This document shows, in pieces, positions 59,331 through 64,000 of a stretch of DNA of 64,000 nucleotides (position 1 is its first letter; the number at the start of each line of letters is the position of its first letter). The stretch is from contig NC_092661.1 of assembly GCF_032118995.1 (NCBI RefSeq), positions 19,590,621-19,654,620 on the forward strand. The letters run 5' to 3'. A model generated the notes under the pieces. That model ran no database searches. It worked only from the letters and a program-made list of their open reading frames with translations, and was not told the origin of the DNA. A program made the translations under genes and the position numbers. Source of the DNA: Asterias amurensis. Lineage: Eukaryota.

Positions 59331-59700
59331 TAAAGCCATTGGACCCTTTCGGTACAGAACAAAAAAAAGTTCACAGATTTACAAATAACTTACAGGGTTT
59401 CAGAAGGTAGTGGTGAAATACTTCCTTTGAAATATTATTCCTTGAAATGCTTTACTTTTTGAGAAAACAGTAAAACAATGTCAAATCTCGTTAACGAGAA
59501 TTACAGATTTATTTTAAACACATGTCATGACACGGTGAAACGCGCGGATACAAGGGTGGGTTTTCCCGTTATTTTCTCCCGACTCCGATGACCGATTAAG
59601 CCCAAATTTTCACAGGTTTGTTATTTGATATAGAAGTTGTGATACACGAAGTGTGGGCCTTGGACAATACTGTTTACTGAAAGGGTCCAATGGCTTTAAA
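59331..59700. mobile_element. MITE family B copy
   Basis: Same TIRs. The internal sequence is the reverse complement of 43121-43496. Confidence 0.8.
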
Positions 59701-60284
59701 ATGCATCCAAAATATTTACATTTTGTCTTGGTTTGATGTAATTTTGAAAATATGTCTTCACCAAAATTGGGCTGGAATACTTTTGATTAAATGGTCCTGA
59801 AAAATAATTGGAAAGTCTCATAAGTATAAAAAGAGTATCTGGTTTTTGGTCTATAATGGAGAGTTTTGTATCTGGGTAACAAAAACAGTAGTAGCTTATG
59901 CACCCAGTTTCATAAAGCTGCTTAAGCACACATTCTTGCTAAGCACAGAAACATCTTGTTTAGATGAAAACAGGTTACCAGCCAAACTTCTCTCAAGTTT
60001 GCATCGTTACAACTGAAGCCCATTAATATTTTGCTTAGCAAAGAAACTTGCTTAAAAGGGCATGTTTTCTGCTTTTAAACAGCTGTATGAAATTGGCCAC
60101 AGGTGTCGAAAACTCCAGTCTAAAAAAAACTTAAGTACTACAATGGTTTTGTAAAAAGTCTCACAGATGACCAATGGTAGTTTCCATATAAAGAAATTGA
60201 CGTCATGCATAATTACTGTACATGTGATATAAGCATCATGCGACAGTAAACTAACCTTTGATATTGACCATTTTGTACTTCCCA

Positions 60285-60430
60285 ACTTCCTGTTGAACTT
60301 AACTCCCCAAATTTCTCCTGACCTTTACTCCCCGACATTTTCCTGACCGTTACTCCCAAATTTCCTCCTGACCTTTACTCCCCATTAACTCCTGACCTTT
60401 ACTCCCCATCTTTCTCGTGACCTTTACTCC
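60285..60430. repeat. tandem repeat of about 24 bp (cctgacctttactcccca + 5-6 nt), about 6 copies, forming the start of the PKD2-like 3'UTR; the stop codon lies in the last copy
   Basis: Read directly: ...ctcctgacctttactccccgacattttcctgaccgttactcccaaatttcctcctgacctttactccccattaactcctgacctttactccccatctttctcgtgacctttactcccc. Confidence 0.75.
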
Positions 60431-60606
60431 CCAACTTCCTCTTCTGCCTCTCCTTCTTGCCAGTCTACTTCCTGTTTCTTGATGAGAGCTTCCAGCATTC
60501 CTTCAATACGATCGTTCTGAACTCTGAGCATCTTCAGTCGATATTTCACATTCTTTACAGTGTCTGTCAGATCATCTTGCTGCATTTTAATTTCCTCAAG
60601 CTTTGT
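60424..60606 (-). CDS. PKD2-like: PKD2-like terminal coding exon (C-terminal coiled coil; stop TAA at 60426-60424)
   Basis: Acceptor ttgttgtag|ACAAAGC. Encodes TKLEEIKMQQDDLTDTVKNVKYRLKMLRVQNDRIEGMLEALIKKQEVDWQEGEAEEEVGE* (heptad pattern). Confidence 0.6.
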   Translation of the reverse strand, partial: TKLEEIKMQQDDLTDTVKNVKYRLKMLRVQNDRIEGMLEALIKKQEVDWQEGEAEEEVGE

Positions 60607-61128
60607 CTACAACAAATGAGCAAGAAAATAATTTGATATCCACATCTTCTTTTCCCCTAATTCACAAAATTATCACTCCCTATGTATTGCTTATTTTGAT
60701 GGATGGGGTGCTGCAGTGAATAACAGGCAGATGCTTTGAATTACACTTGAGTCTATCTGGTTTGATGTTGAATTGATGGGTTCTTTGGTAATTGAAGGCT
60801 CTATGACCATAATATGGGTTAAATTGGTAGATCACAAGGACATCAATGTCAAGTATGCATCTTCCATAAAAATAGTCAGCACGATGCAAGTAACAACAGG
60901 TCTACAACCAATGGTGTTGCAGTTTAAAATATAGTCTTCAGTTAGCCCCAAAGCAGTATCCTCTCCAAGTACCAAGGCAACCCAGATTCTTAACTAGACA
61001 CAATTAATATCCTTACTGGAATGAACCAGTTGTTAGAATATAAATATACATCCCATGTAAACAACGATGTTTAACAGCTTTAAATACATGAGTTTCCCTT
61101 GGCATTTGATTACAGCCTGTTATCTTAC

Positions 61129-61314
61129 CATGGGTGGATTGAGTGCAGTGTTTATAGCATCACCAATAAGCTCTTCCCGTCCAGAATACCAATTATAGAA
61201 CTTTGCCCATATAGTTCTACTTTGTTGGTTTGGATAAACAGTCAGTTTCTTCATGATTGAACGTCTCCACATAAACATTGGTAAGGCTTCCTGTACCTCC
61301 ATGGCTAGATTCAC
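61129..61314 (-). CDS. PKD2-like: PKD2-like exon
   Basis: Acceptor gttggatag|GTGAATC, donor CCCATG|gtaaga. Encodes VNLAMEVQEALPMFMWRRSIMKKLTVYPNQQSRTIWAKFYNWYSGREELIGDAINTALNPPM. Confidence 0.5.
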
Positions 61315-61841
61315 CTATCCAACACACAAAATAAAGCTGATTTATAAACATGTTGAACATTCCAAAAGTAACAATAACACTAGTATAAAGGTAAAGTGAA
61401 TAATGTTAAAGGATGTATCCAGCAAATCAGTTCAAAATATTACATTGGTCAGTTTTTCTGAAATACAACTCATCTTCATGCTGTTGTTATAAAGGTGGTC
61501 TAGGTCACTGGACTCAATTTATTGTTGCGAAGTAGTCAGGGCATGGGATGATGACCATTATGCATGTGTCATAGAGCAACTTGGAGCAACACACTTCTCG
61601 TATTACTTTTCTTCACTCGGGGGTGGTACCTTTAAGGGTAGGTTTTATTGTATCAACTTAAGGGAGCTGAACTGGTTTAAAGGAATGAAGCAACTCAACC
61701 ATCACATGGTTATGGTGTTCACTTACCATGAGCATCAAACATCATGCAGAAACTAAGTTAATATTTCTAAAGAAAATAATTAATCTAGAAATCCAAAAAG
61801 CCACCAGTGAATTTGGGTATAATAAGGATCTGCTGACTGAC

Positions 61842-61910
61842 CTGCATACCAAGGCGTTGCAACTTGGCTTGTTCCTGGACTCCTTTGATGTCATCTACAG
61901 CCAGACCAAC
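61842..61910 (-). CDS. PKD2-like: PKD2-like exon
   Basis: Acceptor acatgtag|GTTGGTC, donor ATGCAG|gtcagt. Encodes VGLAVDDIKGVQEQAKLQRLGMQ. Confidence 0.5.
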
Positions 61911-62526
61911 CTACATGTATGACAGGATGAAAAAGTGTACATAAATTCCTGTTGTAGACTTGGTTTCTGATGGTGTCACACCATTCACCAAGTACATCCC
62001 AATTCTTTCTATTCAGTGGGTGTTGACTTTATGGGGTTTTTAAGGGCAAGGGTACCAATGCATTTTCTCCTTGGTGAAAGGTACCTCTGTGAAAAAAATG
62101 TTAGACTTCTGATGGAACATTTCAAGGGTCACAAGGCAATGACCTGGGGCCACAGAGGCAATTCTGAAGCCTCAACCTGAAGACTACCTTAACTTCTTGT
62201 TTTCTTTCAAGGATGAAATCAGCATTGGCATTATGTAAGTGGCCCTTAGATTTGTGACTTACATCTAAGCTGGTTATTACTGTCTTCAAGAAAACTTGAA
62301 TCCTTGATTCTCACTATATCAATCCATGGCAATGAGTTTGATACCTTACCATATTGCATGGTTCATTTCACATTCAGGGTATGTGCTATTTTAAGCTGTG
62401 CATCAAATATACACTGATAGAGAAATTTAGTACAGGGCACTATCCTCTTACTATGCCTTCTTACACTTTGAACCCAATTTAGATGTGAAAGATTCACAGA
62501 GAAAGCATATTATTAGAATTACTCAC

Positions 62527-62757
62527 CAGTAAGTTCATGACAATGATTGACAGTAGAATGACAAAGATGGTGAAGACAAAGTATGTAACTTCCTTGTAAT
62601 AAACCTCAGCCAAGAACAGCTCCTTGACATTGCCTTCATTTTCTTCCAAAGTAACGTTTAAATAATCCAGTTGGTGGAAGATGCCGTCAAACTCAAACTC
62701 TCCTATCATCATCACAAATGTCTTAAACAATGAGTAGTGAACACGATGAAAGGGTTC
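62527..62757 (-). CDS. PKD2-like: PKD2-like exon (pore helix and TM6)
   Basis: Acceptor ttcttttaaag|GAACCC, donor TTACTG|gtgagt. Encodes EPFHRVHYSLFKTFVMMIGEFEFDGIFHQLDYLNVTLEENEGNVKELFLAEVYYKEVTYFVFTIFVILLSIIVMNLL. Confidence 0.7.
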
Positions 62758-63192
62758 CTTTAAAAGAAAAATATTAATTACCTGTTTAGTTCCATCATTC
62801 TTACTATTAGTACATATAAGGATGAATCATAAAGGAACTTCATCACTGTAGCTTGTAAGCATGAGGAAACCTGTAAAAAACATGCTTGCTATCTAAACCA
62901 GAAGAAAAACCTAAGTCAATCCCTACTGCTCCACGATAAGTGTTTTAAAATTAGTTTTTTTGCGAGCACTTTATATAGCAATCCTCCTAGGGACCTAAAA
63001 TATAATGAATGACAATTAATTTTATGGAAGTAGTTTGCTCAAGGACACAAATGTTATGACCGAGACTCAACCACAACTCTCTATAAAAACACCAGAGAGT
63101 CTGGTGCTCGTAAAAGTTTGGCCACGACATGCCATAATCTGTAACCTTGTATCAAACAATACTTTTAACTGTACAATTTTAAATGATTTTAC

Positions 63193-63284
63193 CTGGTTCA
63201 TGAGCAAGGCATAAAAAGCCAGTCCAAAGGCGATGATGAACAGAAAGAACACAATGGCAAACTGGAGAAAGGTCTTCAACACAT
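63193..63284 (-). CDS. PKD2-like: PKD2-like exon (TM5)
   Basis: Acceptor tttttgtacag|ATGTGTTG, donor AACCAG|gtaaaa. Encodes (x)VLKTFLQFAIVFFLFIIAFGLAFYALLMNQ. Confidence 0.65.
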
Positions 63285-63339
63285 CTGTACAAAAAGATCA
63301 ACATCCATATTGCTAAGAACAAGTTAGGATTCATTACCA

Positions 63340-64000
63340 TGTGAGGCAAGATCCTAGTAAATTCCTCATGGGATCAGGCAATACCAACATACTCAGAGTC
63401 CAACAGTTTGTTGCTAGGTTACCATATGGTATTGGGTTTTGTTAGAATGAGGAAGAATCTTAGTAAATCACTCATGGGATCAGGCACACCACCATAATCA
63501 GAGTCCAACAGTTTGGGTGCTGAGTTACCAATGGTGTTGGGTTTTGTTAGAGTGTGGAAGGATCCTAGTAAATCACTCATGGGATCAGGCACACCACCAT
63601 AATCAGAGTCCAACAGTTTGGGTGCTGAGTTACCAATGGTGTTGGGTTTTGTTAGAGTGTGGAAGAATCCTAGTAAATCACTCATGGGATCAGGCATACC
63701 ACCATAATCAGAGTCCAACAGTTTTGGTGTTGAGTTACCATATGGTGTATGGTTTTGTATGAATGAGGAAGGATCCTAGTAAACCACTCATGGGATCAGG
63801 CAAACCACCATAATCAGAGTCCATCAGTTTTGGTGTTGAGTTACCATATGGTGTATGGTTTTGTATGAATGAGGAAGGATCCTAGTAAATCACTCATGGG
63901 ATCAGGCAAACCACCATAATCAGAGTCCAACAGTTTGGCTGCTGAGTTACTGTATGGTGTATGGTTTTGTAAGAGTGAGGAAGAATCCTAATAAATCACT
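63340..64000. repeat. satellite / minisatellite, unit about 120 bp, at least 5.5 copies, running off the window end
   Basis: The unit tcatgggatcaggcacaccaccataatcagagtccaacagtttgggtgctgagttaccaatggtgttgggttttgttagagtgtggaaggatcctagtaaatcac repeats with minor variants. It lies in the presumed intron upstream of the PKD2-like TM5 exon. Confidence 0.85.

Larger units (their letters stand above)
60424..63284 (-). other. PKD2-like: gene span: polycystin-2 (PKD2/TRPP)-like cation channel, 3' portion (continues upstream beyond 63284 toward the window end)
   Basis: Five minus-strand exons in a consistent phase encode TM5 (FLQFAIVFFLFIIAFGLAFYALLMNQ), the pore and TM6 (FKTFVMMIGEFEFDGI...YFVFTIFVILLSIIVMNLL), and a C-terminal coiled coil. 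The block order matches PKD2 (...[23 protein letters not shown] / ...FRIILGDINFAEI...FFMFFILLNMFLAIINDTY). Confidence 0.7.

Noticed and set aside
60285-60430. CRISPR-like appearance of regularly spaced 18-bp repeats
   Set aside because: The spacers are only 5-6 nt and nearly identical. This is a simple minisatellite in a spliced eukaryotic gene's 3'UTR. No cas genes are present, and the context is eukaryotic.
63419-63762. Repetitive ORFs MDSDYGGMPDPMSDLLGFFHTL... and MLSYQWCWVLLECGRILVNHSWDQ...
   Set aside because: They are translations of the 120-bp satellite on opposite strands. The periodic peptide repeats come from the DNA repeat, not from selection.
1-64000. Prokaryotic-style novel system (defence island, operon, CRISPR, toxin-antitoxin)
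   Set aside because: Every substantial coding signal resolves into spliced eukaryotic genes with canonical GT-AG introns and metazoan homologues. The caller's GTG/TTG-initiated Ms are artefacts of using a bacterial start-codon table.

Overview
This window is eukaryotic nuclear DNA, not a prokaryotic island. It is AT-rich (about 38% GC), has GT-AG introns of roughly 0.3-2 kb, microsatellites, tRNA-derived SINEs and many MITE/foldback elements. The flavour is an invertebrate deuterostome-like animal genome, but the taxon is unresolved. No CRISPR array, operon or prokaryotic defence system is present. The window holds five protein-coding loci and one pseudogene. (1) Minus strand, 1..11757: the 5' half of a REV3L orthologue (DNA polymerase zeta catalytic subunit). 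Fourteen coding exons run from the start codon at 11707 down through a giant exon of at least 4.3 kb that continues past position 1. (2) 17860..18260: a CpG-rich putative bidirectional promoter with a duplicated CCAAT box and two TGACGTCA palindromes. (3) Plus strand, 20717..44711 and beyond: a PARP4 / vault-PARP orthologue. The model has 32 frame-consistent coding exons, plus one low-confidence alternative micro-exon at 36544..36597, with BRCT, PARP helical, PARP catalytic, VIT and vWA domains and a long C-terminal low-complexity region. That C-terminal region includes a giant exon carrying about ten tandem Pro-rich repeats. (4) 47889..48395 (+): an intronless secreted C-type lectin with EPN/WND motifs. 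A frameshifted CTLD copy follows at 48960..49406 and is called a pseudogene. (5) 50762..52016 (+): a three-exon short-chain dehydrogenase/reductase of the retinol-DH/17beta-HSD (SDR9C-like) family. (6) Minus strand, 60424..63284 and beyond: the 3' part of a polycystin-2 (PKD2/TRPP)-like channel gene. It shows TM5, pore, TM6 and a C-terminal coiled coil, and continues past the window end. Introns and intergenic DNA carry at least four MITE/foldback families, several tRNA-derived SINEs, a TIR element with subterminal tandem repeats, homopolymer tracts and a satellite with a unit of about 120 bp. Nothing here resembles a novel prokaryotic system. The most unusual signals are the recently expanded poly-proline repeat array inside PARP4, the tiny uORF in the REV3L leader, and the dense nested-repeat landscape. 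All coordinates were read by hand from the sequence; splice sites are canonical, but positions could be off by one at a few boundaries.
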